The notes below the pieces were generated by a model. It was not told where the DNA came from. It searched no databases and worked only from the letters and a program-made list of their open reading frames with translations. A DNA stretch of 64,000 nucleotides, taken from assembly GCF_001194135.2 (NCBI RefSeq), contig NC_068994.1, forward strand, positions 41,292,814 to 41,356,813, given 5' to 3'. The position numbers were made by a program, and so were the translations under genes. Shown in pieces: positions 29,015-41,558 of this stretch. The stretch is from Octopus bimaculoides. Taxonomy: Eukaryota. How positions within the stretch are numbered: the stretch's first letter is position 1; the number at the start of each line of letters is the position of its first letter.

Positions 29015-29075
29015 ACTATACTGATGAGTAGAAGTTGCATAATACTGTAATAACTACGAAATCATGATCTATAGT
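29015..29075 (+). ncRNA. Minimal type-I hammerhead ribozyme, intact core
   Basis: Stem I ACTATA/TATAGT, core CTGATGA (29021-27), stem II GTAG/CTAC extended by TTGCA/TGTAA, GAAA (29058-61), palindromic helix III ATCATGAT, cleavage triplet AUC (after C29069). Confidence 0.85.
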
Positions 29076-31172
29076 TTAGTCTGTTTTTAAGGGGCTAGCT
29101 TTGAGAGTTGCATTTCTTCATGTTCGGTGAAAATGTGTTTATTATGGTAGTTTGACCTTACAGTCCCTCTTAGCATGAAGCATTCGTGTATAGTAATGCC
29201 CTTATATAAATAAATATATTTTGGGGAATAAATGATGGATTTTTCCCTTATGAGGTTTGTTTCACGCTAACTACTTGATAAATTCTAATAAAAGAATTTA
29301 TCCTATTATTGAATTAATTATATATATATGTATGTATATGTATGTTTGCATGTGTATTTGTGTTTGTGTGTATTTATGTATATATTTGCCTAGACACCAC
29401 ATGATAGTTGCAAATGATCATTATCATCATACAAGTGTGATTGTTTGTTTCCGGTAATCTATGAGAAACATGTTGGGCTATGGAAAATTATTACCTTGCA
29501 TGGAAACCGGTGAAGGTTGGTGGCAGGAAGAGTATCTGGCAGTGAAAGATTTGCTTCAACAAATTCTGTCTGACCTATGCAACCATGGAGAAGCAGACAT
29601 TAAATGATGACGACATTGATGATGATAATGATGACACTGATGATGATGGTGATGACAACAGTAACTTTAACAAAGGTGTAAACTGAATGTCTTGCAAGTC
29701 TGTACCAACCTAATAATAATGATGTTATAAGTACAAATATATTCCCTCATCATAATAAACCTTAATGGTAGTATTTCTTCGAATCATTGTATAAGCTATA
29801 CTCTGCTCCCACATTTAATGGATGGTTTAGGTTAAGGTCATACAAACCTATTCTACCATTATTAAAACAATAAAACATGATGAAAGCAATACAAGCTAGA
29901 TAAAAGTGTGATTGCTTGTTTCCAATGGAGACTGAAAACTTTCCTACCTTCTGACTTGGTATGGCCTGATTAAAGAAGATTACATGTTGTTAACATTTTG
30001 GAAAGCAAGCAAGTGAAACAAAGCAGTAGTGAAAGGAAATTTCAGCCAATAAACTAACATGTCTTAGTTTTTGTGACATTCATTGGGCTTGTTTGAATCC
30101 ATTCCCCACTAGATATTAAGTTTCTGCCTGTAGCTGTGAACATGTTATTGCCACTGGCAGAAAAGAAAAGAAGGAAAAAAAAAAAGGAAGAAAGAATCTA
30201 AGCCCTCTCTTAATAATGGAAATGTTTGGTTCTTCTTAGTTATATTAATCTTCAAGGGAAATGGGAAACGGATGTCTAAATATATTGCTACACTGTTTTA
30301 TCAATTATAAAGCAACAACAGAACATTTTAGTCAATTTGATAATATGACCAAAAAGCTACGTAATAATAAAGTGAAAGATAGCCAGAATGGAGGGCCTCT
30401 GTATGGTCAGCCAGTCTGCTAGAAATATATACCAAATTGTTCAGTAAATCTTACTGCGTTATCTTAAGAATGGGACATTAGATAATGTAGTACTTGATAT
30501 ATTATGCCTGAATAACAAATAGAATGGTTATGGCTGGATTGATTATATTTGCTTGGAGAGAGCAGACATGAGGGCTAAATAACAACAGACTAATTTAGAA
30601 AGCTGTTAGAAAGTATCTTTCTATATTATGTCTTATTATTTTGTGTACCATGATTCTGTTGAAATTCACTGCCTTTGATTCAATTAATTTTTAAAATAGT
30701 AAATAATTTAGTAAAAATAACTGTCATTAAGTTGGAGCAGAAGACACTTGTTCAAGCTGCTGTGTTGTGGGACTGACCCTAAAACCATGTAGTTACAACA
30801 TGAGCTTCTTAGCTTTATTGTCAAGCCAGCAGAATTATTTTCTTGTCTTTTAGTGACCAGGAAGCAAAGTTCACTGCAGTTAAATACATCAGAAGATATA
30901 AGGCAAAGGCATTGCATGTGCATAATTGCATGAATACTGCAGGAATTACAATATTCTGATGAGTATAAATGAGAATTTGATCAAGTGTTTTTTTTTTTTT
31001 TTTACAATCATTTGACGAATACAGAAGTTTTGAATCTGAAGACAAACTCGGAGGGTGGAGGGCAAAGTTTATACTTCACCAACTGAAAGTTAAAACAATG
31101 TACCTCAAAAGAAGAAAGATTAACTCACCAAAATGCAATATGGGAATTAAGCAGGAAACTTGTAAATTTTAA

Positions 31173-31400
31173 TCAACTCTTTACTGTTCGGATTACTTTG
31201 TCAAATGTAATGCTTGTTTATTCACATTCTCTTGAATCCCTCATGCATTATCTTGTAGCTTTGAGAATTCAATGATGTGATTGTATATTTTTAGAATGAC
31301 ATTGCAGAGTAGGTGTGAGGTGCCAGATCTGACCAGTTTCAACATAAAACAGGTAGAATATTTGGGCTGAATAAGGCTGATTTAAATGCTAAAGGGTTAA
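31173..31400. mobile_element. piggyBac-like MITE copy
   Basis: Same body; ends aaatgctaaagggTTAA. Confidence 0.7.
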
Positions 31401-31423
31401 GAAACAAAGTTTTATATGTTTCT

Positions 31424-31654
31424 TATTTCTTTACTACCCACAAGGGGCTACACACAGAGGGGACAAATAAGGACAGATAAACGGATTAAGTCGATTATAT
31501 CGATCCCAGTGCATAACTGGTACTTATTTAATTGACCCCGAAAGGATGAAAGGCAAAGTCGACCTTGGCGGAATTTGAACTCAGGACCTAAAGACAGGCG
31601 AAGTACTGCTAAGAATTTCACCCGGCGTGCTAACGTTTCTGCCAGCTTGCTGCC
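31424..31654 (-). mobile_element. Family A SINE, relatively young full-length copy
   Basis: CpG-retaining copy flanked by an 18-bp direct repeat aaagttttatatgtttct (31406-31423 and 31655-31672). Confidence 0.85.
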
Positions 31655-31864
31655 AAAGTTTTATATGTTTCTGTCAAGTTGTTAATAAATTCTCATTGTA
31701 TTTGTAGAGGAGGTGAAGTAAAAGGTATAGGTCATGGAGCTTAGGTCCAGATGCAGGCTATATTCTCTTGACAGAGAACCCACAAAACTTTTATAACTTT
31801 ATGGCAGAGCTTTCAGAACTTTTCCCCATGGTGATTCAGTTTTTAATGTCAACTCTTTACATGG

Positions 31865-32290
31865 ATGTGGCTGTGTGGTTAAAAAGCTTGCTCTGCAACC
31901 CTGTATTTTGGGGATCAGTCTCACTGCATGGCACCTGAAGCAAGTGTCTTCTAATATCAACCTGAGCTAACCAATGCTTTGCAAGTGAATTTAGTAGAAG
32001 GAAACTGTGTGGAAGCCTATTGTGTATGTGTGTGCACGTGTGTGTTGTGTGTATGTGTGTGCACGGGTGTGTTGTGTGTATGTGTTTTTGTGTGTGTATC
32101 TTTGTGTTTGCCTTTGCCTCCACCATTTGACAACCGGTGTTGGTTTGTTAATGTTCATGTAACTCAGTGGTTCAGTCAAAAGGCCCAGCAGAACAAGTAC
32201 CAGACTTCAAAAACATAAGTACTGGGGTGATTTTTTTTCAACTAGAACCATCAAAGCTGTGCCCCAGTATGACTGCAGTTCAATGACTGA
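31865..32290 (+). mobile_element. tRNA-derived SINE, family C (gtgtggtaagaagcttgcttcccaacc...ttgggcaagtgtctt...ccaaagccttgtgagtgg) with internal (TG)n
   Basis: Repeated at about 9610-9900, 14390-14510(-), 30730-30820(-), 34545-34700, 34710-34990(-), 47215-47400(-), 54290-54730(-), 58310-58670(-), 61730-61870(-), 63240-63560; CORE-like caccttgggcaagt motif. Confidence 0.7.
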
Positions 32291-32399
32291 TACAAGTAAA
32301 ATATAAAACATTAAAGAATAGAGACATTAAGTTTTGTTAGCAACAGGTAATGAACAAAACTGCTTAATAAAGAATTAGATATCATATCACCTGCTATGG

Positions 32400-32690
32400 C
32401 TGTTGTATCTAAATTTACTCAGAGTTGTCATTTTCCAAATATATTCCACAGCCAAGAAATTCATCAAAATTGATCAGATTTTATTTAATTTCATATCACA
32501 CCTAGAGAATATCAACAATGCTCAGCAATGCACTAAAGTATCATTACATGCAGTTTGGAAAAACCTGTGGTTTATGAGTTTGATAAGTAAATAAATACCA
32601 GAAGGGAACAAAGCTATATGGCCAGAATTGATCAGGGAGATATCTGTGTATCCTAGCAATATACGGGTATACCTCAACTTACATCATTTC
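32400..32690 (+). mobile_element. Possible Tigger/pogo remnant
   Basis: ENINNAQQCTKVSLHAVWKNLW resembles the pogo DDE C-terminal motif; TA|cgggtatacctcaacttac resembles a Tigger TIR. Confidence 0.3.
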
Positions 32691-35628
32691 AAGCTATGCC
32701 TTGTGTAACATTACAGTGGTTGCAGCAAACATATTCAAAGGCATAGAAAATTTAAAATAAATGCCTAAAATGCCTAAAAACTACTAAAGTAGAAAATCAA
32801 ATAAAATGCATGTAAAAATATATACAAATCATTCATTAAAACAGATAAAAGCTAACAAATCAGGAAAATGCTTTTTTTTTATTTATATTTATTTTTCTTT
32901 TATGATTTAGTTTCGTTTTTTTTTCTTTTTTTTACCTTTATATTTCTATCTAAATGTTTACAGTTTAGTACTTTATAATGATGGGAAGATTTTTCAATGG
33001 ATTTCAATGTATTTTTAATTGTTATTTTTTCTTTTTTCCGTGTTACAGCCTTTATTTTTTTAATGAAGTCATGTGTCTTGGAAACAGTTACTGACAAAAG
33101 TTGATGTATAAATATATTTCAGAAATAATCTAACGATTGAAGGCATTTTAAATCTTTAGCTTATCAACTGCAGATCATTACATTGTTATGCTGATTGTCA
33201 TATAATGTCAGCTCAATATGAAATCGTATTTGGTGTATTTTATGATATAATTATAATACTGTATCCAATAAATAATATGCTGCATTCAGTAAATAATTAT
33301 ATCCGGAGCATAATTTCTTTACATATGCATGTGAGGAAGTAATGCATGAATTGAGGGGAAACTAATTTTTCAATACACAATATTCTCACAGGAGTTTCAG
33401 TAGGTTGTGTATTGCATTTCCGAAAATGATGTTATCTGGACTTTAACACTTGCTATGTAGTCAAGGGAACAATTTCTGACAAAAAACAATATAGTGAGTT
33501 TTCTCTTGTGCTGACCGAAGCCTTGTGAGTGGATTTGGTAGTTAGAGACTGTATATACATGTATGTAATTCTGTATTTTTTCAATTTTCTGTCTGAAAAA
33601 CTACTAACGAGTAATGACTTACATGTTTTTCTACATGTATACTTCTGTAACTTCTATGAGATAAAGAAACATATGTAGCGGGGAATTTAAAAAATACCAA
33701 ATTTTCCCAGTCTTCTGTTTTGATATACACGGATGTTATATACATATATGTGAGTATGTATTACATGTGTGTAAGTTGCTGTCTCTTTGTTTTCATGGCT
33801 TTTGATTGCTGTAAATGAGCATCACTGTCATACAAGCAGTATCTTTCATTTCCAGTCTCCCAAGAAAGTGTCCAGCCATGATAAACTATTAGTGTACTTG
33901 GAAATAGGTGATGGCTGGTGACAGGAAGGGCATCTAGCTGTAGAAAATTTGCTTCAACAAATTTTGTCTGATTCATGTATCGGAAAGTAAATGCTAAAAT
34001 GAAGATGACAATGGCATTGAGGGGGATGATAGTGAGGATGACAATGATGTTGGTTATGATGGCCATGATGATGATGATTGATGGAGATGATGGCAGTGCT
34101 GATGATGACAATAATAATGATAATGGTGGTGTTGGTGGTAGTGGTGGTGGTGATGGTAATAGTGGTAGTGATGGTGGTAGAGGTGGTGCAAGTGAATAGG
34201 AAGATAATTATGTTGCTTAACAACTATGTAATCTCAAGTAAAGGTAGTTATTACAGAGAGGAGTTTCCACTTCTACATTCTAACTCAAAACTTTAAACCT
34301 ATGTTTCAAAACAGGAATTAATCGATTTTCTATAAAAAAAAAATAAGTAAACTAATTAATGTTCCATGAAATATTCAAGCTCCACTGTCTGCTCTGGCAT
34401 GAATTCTACAGCCGGACACCTTTCCTAAAGTCAACCCTTGCCAACAAGGTTAAACATACTTCAGGCAGGAGTTCTAGTGGGTACAAGATATGCCTTAGCC
34501 TACACCTGTTAGCTTTAAAGACAACATCCACTCTAATTAGCATTGTTACTGTATAGTAAGAAGTTTACTTCCCAACCACATGGTTCCAGGTTCAATCTTA
34601 CTATGTGGTACCTTGAGCAATTGTCTTCTACTATAGCCTCATTCTAACCAAAGCCATGTGAGTGTATTTGGTAGATGGATACTGAAAGAAGCGCATTGTA
34701 TACTCTTTTACCTGTTTCAGTCATTTGACTGTGGCTATGTTGGAACACTGCTTTAGTGAAGCCAATCGACCCCAGGACTTATTCTTTGTAAGCCTAGTAC
34801 TTACTCTATCAGTCTCATTTGCCAAACCGCTAAGTTACGGGAACGTAAACACACCAGCATCAGTTGTCCGGCGATGTTGGCGGGGACAAAAACACACACA
34901 CATACATATATATATATATACATATATACGACGGGCTTCTTTCAGTTTCCATCTACCAAATCCACTCACAAGGCTTTGGTCAGCCCAAGATAAGTCATGT
35001 TTTCTTATCTTAATTTTATAAACAATATCGACATCAATCTTTTAGTAACTTTGTACATTAACACATTTTTTTCTATTATCTACTTATTCCATAATGTGTT
35101 AACCTTGTTTACTATAATATTTTTAGATTGTAACTCTTAATAATTATATTAATACCGCTAATGTAGGGATTAGTTTACAGATTTTGTCTCTTTATATATA
35201 TTTTTATTTCTCATGTTTATGTTTATTCCTTGGATGATTTTAGGTATTTTCTTAGGGATTTGACCAGAGGAGTCACTGATTTTGAGAGTAAAATCATTTC
35301 CCCGTTCTAATGAACTCGGATAGAATTTGCTCATGATTTTATATAGTCCTATTTCAGCCATGAATCGCACGTAGTCTATGTACTAGCACTAACTTTTACA
35401 TTTATACTTCCATACTGTATATTATCGTATTAATTATTACTGTCCAATTTATAAATTTGACTTTAAAATTTTTAAATTAATATTTCTATGATTTATTTAT
35501 ATAATATGTTATTTATTTTAAATTTTTAGATTAAAATATTAGATATATTAAGATGGTATATGCCTTACAGCATGGATTTGGAGGGGTTCTGAGTTGTTGA
35601 GTGGTGGTTCGTCTCTAAATTAGTTATA

Positions 35629-35669
<41 letters not shown>

Positions 35670-36023
35670 NNNNNNNNNNNNNNNNNNNNNNNNNNNNNNN
35701 NNNNNNNNNNNNNNNNNNNNNNNNGTACATACATATATATACATACATATATATGTATATCATCATCATCATCATTGTTTAACATCCATTTTCCATGCTG
35801 GCATGGGTTCGACGGTTTGACTGAGGTCTGGAGAACCAGTGGCTACACCAGGCTCCGATCTGATCTGGCAATGTTTCTACAGCTGGATGCCCTTCCTAAC
35901 ACCAACCAGTCCGAAAGTGTAGTGGGTGGTTTATATGTGCCACTGACAAGGGAGCTAGTCAGGCTGTCCTGGCATTGATCACGTTCAGATAGTGCTTTTT
36001 ACATGTCACCAGCATATGTGTAC

Positions 36024-36066
<43 letters not shown>

Positions 36067-36589
36067 GTGTGTGTGTCACTGGCATGTAAAAAGCGGCATC
36101 TGAATGTGACCTGTGCCAGTACCCTCTGTGACTGGCTCCCATGCCGGTGACATGTAAAAAGCACTATNNNNNNNNNNTATATGTGTCTGTCCCACTGGTA
36201 CTACCTGACAACTGGTGTTGGTGTGTTTACATTCCAATCAGTTAGCAGTTCAGGAAAAGGGACTAACAGAATAAGTACTAGGCTTTGAAAAAAAAAAAAA
36301 AAAAATCCTGACTTTGATTTGTTCACCTCAAACCCTTCGAGTCAGTGCCCTAGTATGGCCACATTCAAATGACTGAAAAAAAGTAAACGATAAAAGGTAA
36401 AAGATATCCCAAGACATACAGTTCTATATTTAAGAGATGAGGAATTATGTACATTATTTACATTTGATGGATATTTGTCCTCATCTTGTTTGTTGTTAAC
36501 ACATTTCGGCTGATATACCTTCCAGCCTTCATCAGGTGTCTTCAAGNNNNNNNNNNATTTGATGGATATTTGTCCTCATCTTGTTTGTT

Positions 36590-36635
36590 GTTAACACATT
36601 TCGGCTGATATACCTTCCAGCCTTCATCAGGTGTC
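36590..36635 (-). ncRNA. Penelope-type minimal hammerhead motif (decayed), left arm
   Basis: On the minus strand GACAC-CTGATGA-A-GGCTG...CAGCC-GAAA-TGTGTT (3-nt deletion at helix III); duplicated at 36495-36540 across a 10-N gap. Confidence 0.55.
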
Positions 36636-36737
36636 TTCAAGAAATTTCAAACCTGAGCTCTCATTCCTAAGGTATTTTTCGATGTTATTATTATTTTTAT
36701 TACTACTATTATTATTATTATTCAGGTCACTGCCCAC

Positions 36738-36809
36738 GGGCATATGGCATAGTGGTTAAGAGCGAGGGCTACTAACCCCAAGATTCTGAGTTCGATTCCA
36801 AGCAGTGAC
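36738..36809 (+). other. tRNA-derived Pol III head (SINE head, not a functional tRNA)
   Basis: A-box TGGCATAGTGG (36745-55), anticodon-like loop CTACTAA (ACT), B-box GAGTTCGATTCC (36788-99); poor acceptor stem. Confidence 0.75.
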
Positions 36810-36889
36810 TTGAATAATAATAATATTAATAATAATAATAACATAGAAAAATACCTTAGGAATGAGAACCTAGGTTGAAATTTCCGCAA

Positions 36890-36935
36890 GACCCCTGATG
36901 AAGGCTGGAAGGTATATCAGCTGAAATGTTGTGTT
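36890..36935 (+). ncRNA. Penelope-type minimal hammerhead motif (decayed), right arm
   Basis: GACCC-CTGATGA-A-GGCTG...CAGCT-GAAA-TG-TT-GTGTT; deviations from a perfect motif are mostly CpG-type transitions. Confidence 0.6.
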
Positions 36936-37602
36936 AACAACAAACAAGATGAAGACAAGTATCTATCAAATGTAAATAATGTATCCCAAGACATATTTGT
37001 CTGATACACGAATAATTCTACCAATCTCATTTTGGAAGGCTTTGGAGAAATTTGAACTTATAACAAAGAGAGAATGAAACAAAACAAAGTATTGAATACA
37101 TTATTTAAATGTCTGGGTCATATTTTTCTTCAACTTTTAAATATTGCAACTATGATTCATTAATATTAAGTATATTACAATAGGGTAAACAAAAAGAAGT
37201 TGCATTTGACCTTTATTCTAATGGCTTTTAAGATGATCTATATGTTATTAATTATAAATTATTGTAATACACATACAGACACACACACGCTAACTCACAC
37301 ATATGCATGTGTGTTTATAAACATAAATATATACATGTGTATGTATATGTATGTATATACATGTGTATGTAAGTATGCACATGTATATGTGTGTATATAT
37401 TTGTTATAGATGGTTTGAGAGAGAAAAACAAAGCTAGAGAGAGAGAGAGGAAGCCAGATAGTGTGCAAACAAAAGATGAAGAGAGCAACACATATACATG
37501 CTGACAAAAAAGAGAGTGAATTAGAGAAAATATGAGTGAGATGTAACATAAAATGAAGTGTAAATGTATGCATTTATATATATACTTACATACATACATA
37601 CA

Positions 37603-37694
<92 letters not shown>

Positions 37695-37920
37695 AATAAA
37701 AATAAAATTTTTAAAAATTAAAAAAAAGGGTTTTGTATAATTGTCTGTTTTTTATGTTTTATTTATATTCTTATAAAATTAATGTGGGATATAGAATATG
37801 GAATATATAATATAAATAGTAAAATGAAATGAAGTATTGAATGTCTTATTGAATATGTGAAATATTGAGTATTAAATATAGAGTATTAAATATAGAAAGG
37901 CTAGTATACTTTCATGCCTC

Positions 37921-38632
37921 ATGGCATTCATGAAGGCCCCGTCTGACAATGACCACCTTGGGAACCCAGTTTCCACAAAAACTGTTCACCGGGAGCTGCA
38001 CAAAGCCGAATTTCATGGGAGGGCTGCAATCAGAAAACCACCACTTTCAAAAACTATTGTTATAAAGTGTTTAGAATGGAGTAAAAACCTACAGAATTGG
38101 TTCCTAGAGCAGTGGAAGAATGTTATTTTCTTGGACGAATCATCCTTTACCTTATTTCTAACTACTGGCTGAGTATACATGTGGAGACAGCCAAAAGAAG
38201 CATTTAACCCAGACTACCTTCTTCCAACTGTTAAACATGGAGGAGGATCTGTGATGATCTGGTGCGGGTGGGGGGGCTATACCATGGAAATTCGCCGGCC
38301 CAATGGTTTCCCTTCATGGCAGAATTAATAGTCAAAACTATTTAAGCATTTTATCTGATCAAATTCATCCTATGTTTACAGAACTGTTTCCGGAGGGAAA
38401 CACAATCTTTCAGGATGTTAGTGCACCAATTCACACAGCTAAAGTTGTTACTAAATGGCACAAGGAACATTCTAGTGAAGTTGAACCTGGCCACCACAGT
38501 TCCCAGATCTCAATATTATTGAACATTTATGGTGCATTTTAGAAAAACAAGTAAGGAGTTGATATCCTCCACCATCATCACTACAAGAACTGGAGACTGT
38601 TTTAGCTGAAGAATGGACAAAAATTCCTTTGC
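37921..38632 (+). mobile_element. Tc1-family (DD34E) transposase pseudogene
   Basis: HRELHK...GRAAIRKP, WKNVIFLDESSF, PTVKHGGGSVMIW, IFQDVSAPIHT, DLNIIEHLW..LEKQV, LQELETVLAEEWTKIP; stops and frameshifts. Confidence 0.9.
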
Positions 38633-39759
38633 AAATTATTGGAATTGTTCTTGTTGAACATTGATATTTGTGGTTCTGTGCAATCCCTGTGGAAACAATC
38701 CCACTATGATATCTGATCCCTTCTGTAGCTATATTCTTTATAGTGTGTGTGTGTGTGCATGTCTATAATTTTTTTTTCACCTGATGAGAAAGTTTAATAT
38801 CTGTATTAATTTAAAAGATTATTTATATTAATGCAAAGATGTAATTTATTTATTATATAATAATATATTAATATTATCTTTGCATGCTTTAAGTTACGAA
38901 ACAATTTGTTGTGATATATGATTTTTCAATGGTTAAATAAACTTCATCATACAATTTCTCTAGTCATTTATGACTTTATATACACACACTCGCATACACG
39001 CACAAACACACAAAAACATATAAGCACACACATATATACAGATATATAAACATGTATCTATATATGTGTGTACACACACATACAGACATGTGAGCACATA
39101 AGTGCAGAACAAAATATCGAAAATAGTACTCAAGTGCAAAGGCAGAATAAAAAATAGTGCTTCATTTCATTATTTGAAACATCAATTCCCGTAACTGAAT
39201 ATCAAACAGACTTTTGTCTGGATAATGGTTACATGAAAGCAAGTGTAACAGCTTGTAAATATCTCAACTTCAATAAAGTCTCACACACACACACACGTGC
39301 GTACAGAATCTGTTTAAATTTATGTTGGAAATAATCTAAACTTATTGTAAGTGCTTTAATAATTAAAATTGTCACTATTTCAGCCATTTTTAGATGCAAA
39401 CTTAATGGATCCTATCATACAATTATCCAATAAAGTTTTAATTTTAATTCAACACATTAGAATGGACGTTTTTCTCTTCTTTTAATCATTGTACCTAGAA
39501 CAGTCTGAAGAAAATTGGTGTCAAAAGTGTTTGTATTACATAATCTAAGCCAAAATAGTGAAAGAAAAAACAGCAGTATGTTGTAAGGTGTAAAATTTGT
39601 TTAGAAAATATTTAGTAGTTTGTCTTATTCGTTTTGGTGGAACTTTCATTCTTTTTTTCTCTTTGTGTATTTGACCTTTCATGTAACCTCAAAATACTCC
39701 ATTTACAAAAGTTAAACCACTCTATGAATGAGTAGTGAAATACATACATACATACATGC

Positions 39760-39819
39760 ACAAATACATATATATTCACACATACATATACATGTGTGTG
39801 TATATATAAGTTATACATA

Positions 39820-39854
<35 letters not shown>

Positions 39855-40007
39855 ATAGATATATAATATATATGTTATACAAAAAATATATATATTTACG
39901 TTATACATATATAATGAATATGTAGATATACATACATACCTACATTCATACATTATACATACATGTAATAGATATATATATTATATATATGTTATACATA
40001 AAAAATA

Positions 40008-40041
<34 letters not shown>

Positions 40042-40122
40042 ATTTATGTATATATATATATATAAATACATACATGTATGCTTACATACATACAAACATA
40101 CCTGCACAAAAATTCACACATG

Positions 40123-40170
<48 letters not shown>

Positions 40171-40580
40171 AATACATATATATTCATGCATACATATATA
40201 TTTGTGTGTATATATAGGCAATACATAAATTATGTATGTGTATGTGCATATATATATATGTATATATATATATGTTTGTGTGTTAGAGATATTTGATATA
40301 TATGTCATACATAAAGTATATATATATATATATATGTTATACATATATAATGAATATGTGGCTATACATACATACCTACATCCATATATTCATACATGTA
40401 TGCATACATCCATACATATATACATACATACATATATATGAATATATATATGTATGTATGTGCATATGTATATGTATGTATGTGAATATATATATATATA
40501 TATATATATANNNNNNNNNNTATATGTATATATGTACATATATATATGTATGTACATATATACATACATACATATAAGCA
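39760..40580. repeat. (AT)/(AC)-rich compound microsatellite with an internal higher-order duplication
   Basis: The unit ttatacatatataatgaatatgt..atacatacatacctacat occurs near 39900 and again near 40335. Confidence 0.8.
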
Positions 40581-41025
40581 AACAGGCATACATATATAAA
40601 GGAAAAATGTCCATTATGAAATGCTACGGCAGCTTAAAGTTAAAAAGGAAAGGGTGGACACAGCATTGTGATGACAATGGATTTGAGTTGAATATGTATT
40701 AAAGACTGATGTGAGAGATTCTGGAATTTACTCAGAATCCTCCTTGAATACTGTTTGCATCTGAATTTACCTCTATGAAAAGGAAAGGACAAAGAGAGGT
40801 GGCTATGTGGAGGGGGGAGTGTTTAGATTGCAATCAGCAGGAATTCAATTGATGGATAATCTATGGACATCTAAAATTATTCAGAATATAACTAAAGCTT
40901 ACAGTATTCTATCTCCTTGTCAACATTTTATTATATGAAATAGGAAAAGAGAGTATGATGGTAGTGTGTGGGAGATAAGAATAAGCGTGAGAGAGAGAAA
41001 GGGTGAATGATTGGGAGAAAGAAAC

Positions 41026-41082
<57 letters not shown>

Positions 41083-41451
41083 NNNNNNNNNNNNNNNNNN
41101 NNNNNNNNNNNNNNNNNNNNNNNNNNNNNNNNNNNNNNNNNNNNNNNNNNNNNNNNNNNNNNNNNNNNNNNNNNNNNNNNNNNNNNNNNNNNNNNNNNNN
41201 NNNNNNNNNNNNNNNNNNNNNNNNNNNNNNNNNNNNNNNNNNNNNNNNNNNNNNNNNNNNNNNNNNNNNNNNNNNNNNNNNNNNNNNNNNNNNNNNNNNN
41301 NNNNNNNNNNNNNNNNNNNNNNNNNNNNNNNNNNNNNNNNNNNNNNNNNNNNNNNNNNNNNNNNNNNNNNNNNNNNNNNNNNNNNNNNNNNNNNNNNNNN
41401 NNNNNNNNNNNNNNNNNNNNNNNNNNNNNNNNNNNNNNNNNNNNNNNNNNN

Positions 41452-41558
<107 letters not shown>

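Larger units (their letters stand above)
36419..36981. mobile_element. Palindromic tRNA-headed, hammerhead-bearing retroposon (candidate Penelope-mobilised SINE)
   Basis: Inverted arms (about 36450-36733 vs 36802-36983) around a tRNA-like head; an HHR-like core in each arm; 14-bp direct repeat tatcccaagacata at 36405-36418 and 36982-36995. Confidence 0.8.

Noticed and set aside
33590-33695. GAAA-CATATG-TA-GCGG, an HHR 3' half with palindrome
   Set aside because: No convincing CTGANGA core or stem II upstream (only CTGAAAA or CTAACGA); too degenerate to call.
36460-36556. Apparent third copy of the HHR arm
   Set aside because: Exact ~90-bp duplicate on either side of a 10-N gap; assembly overlap artefact, not a tandem repeat.
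36738-36809. Possible tRNA gene (also 24039-24112)
   Set aside because: Poor acceptor-stem pairing, embedded in TSD-flanked multicopy elements; SINE heads.
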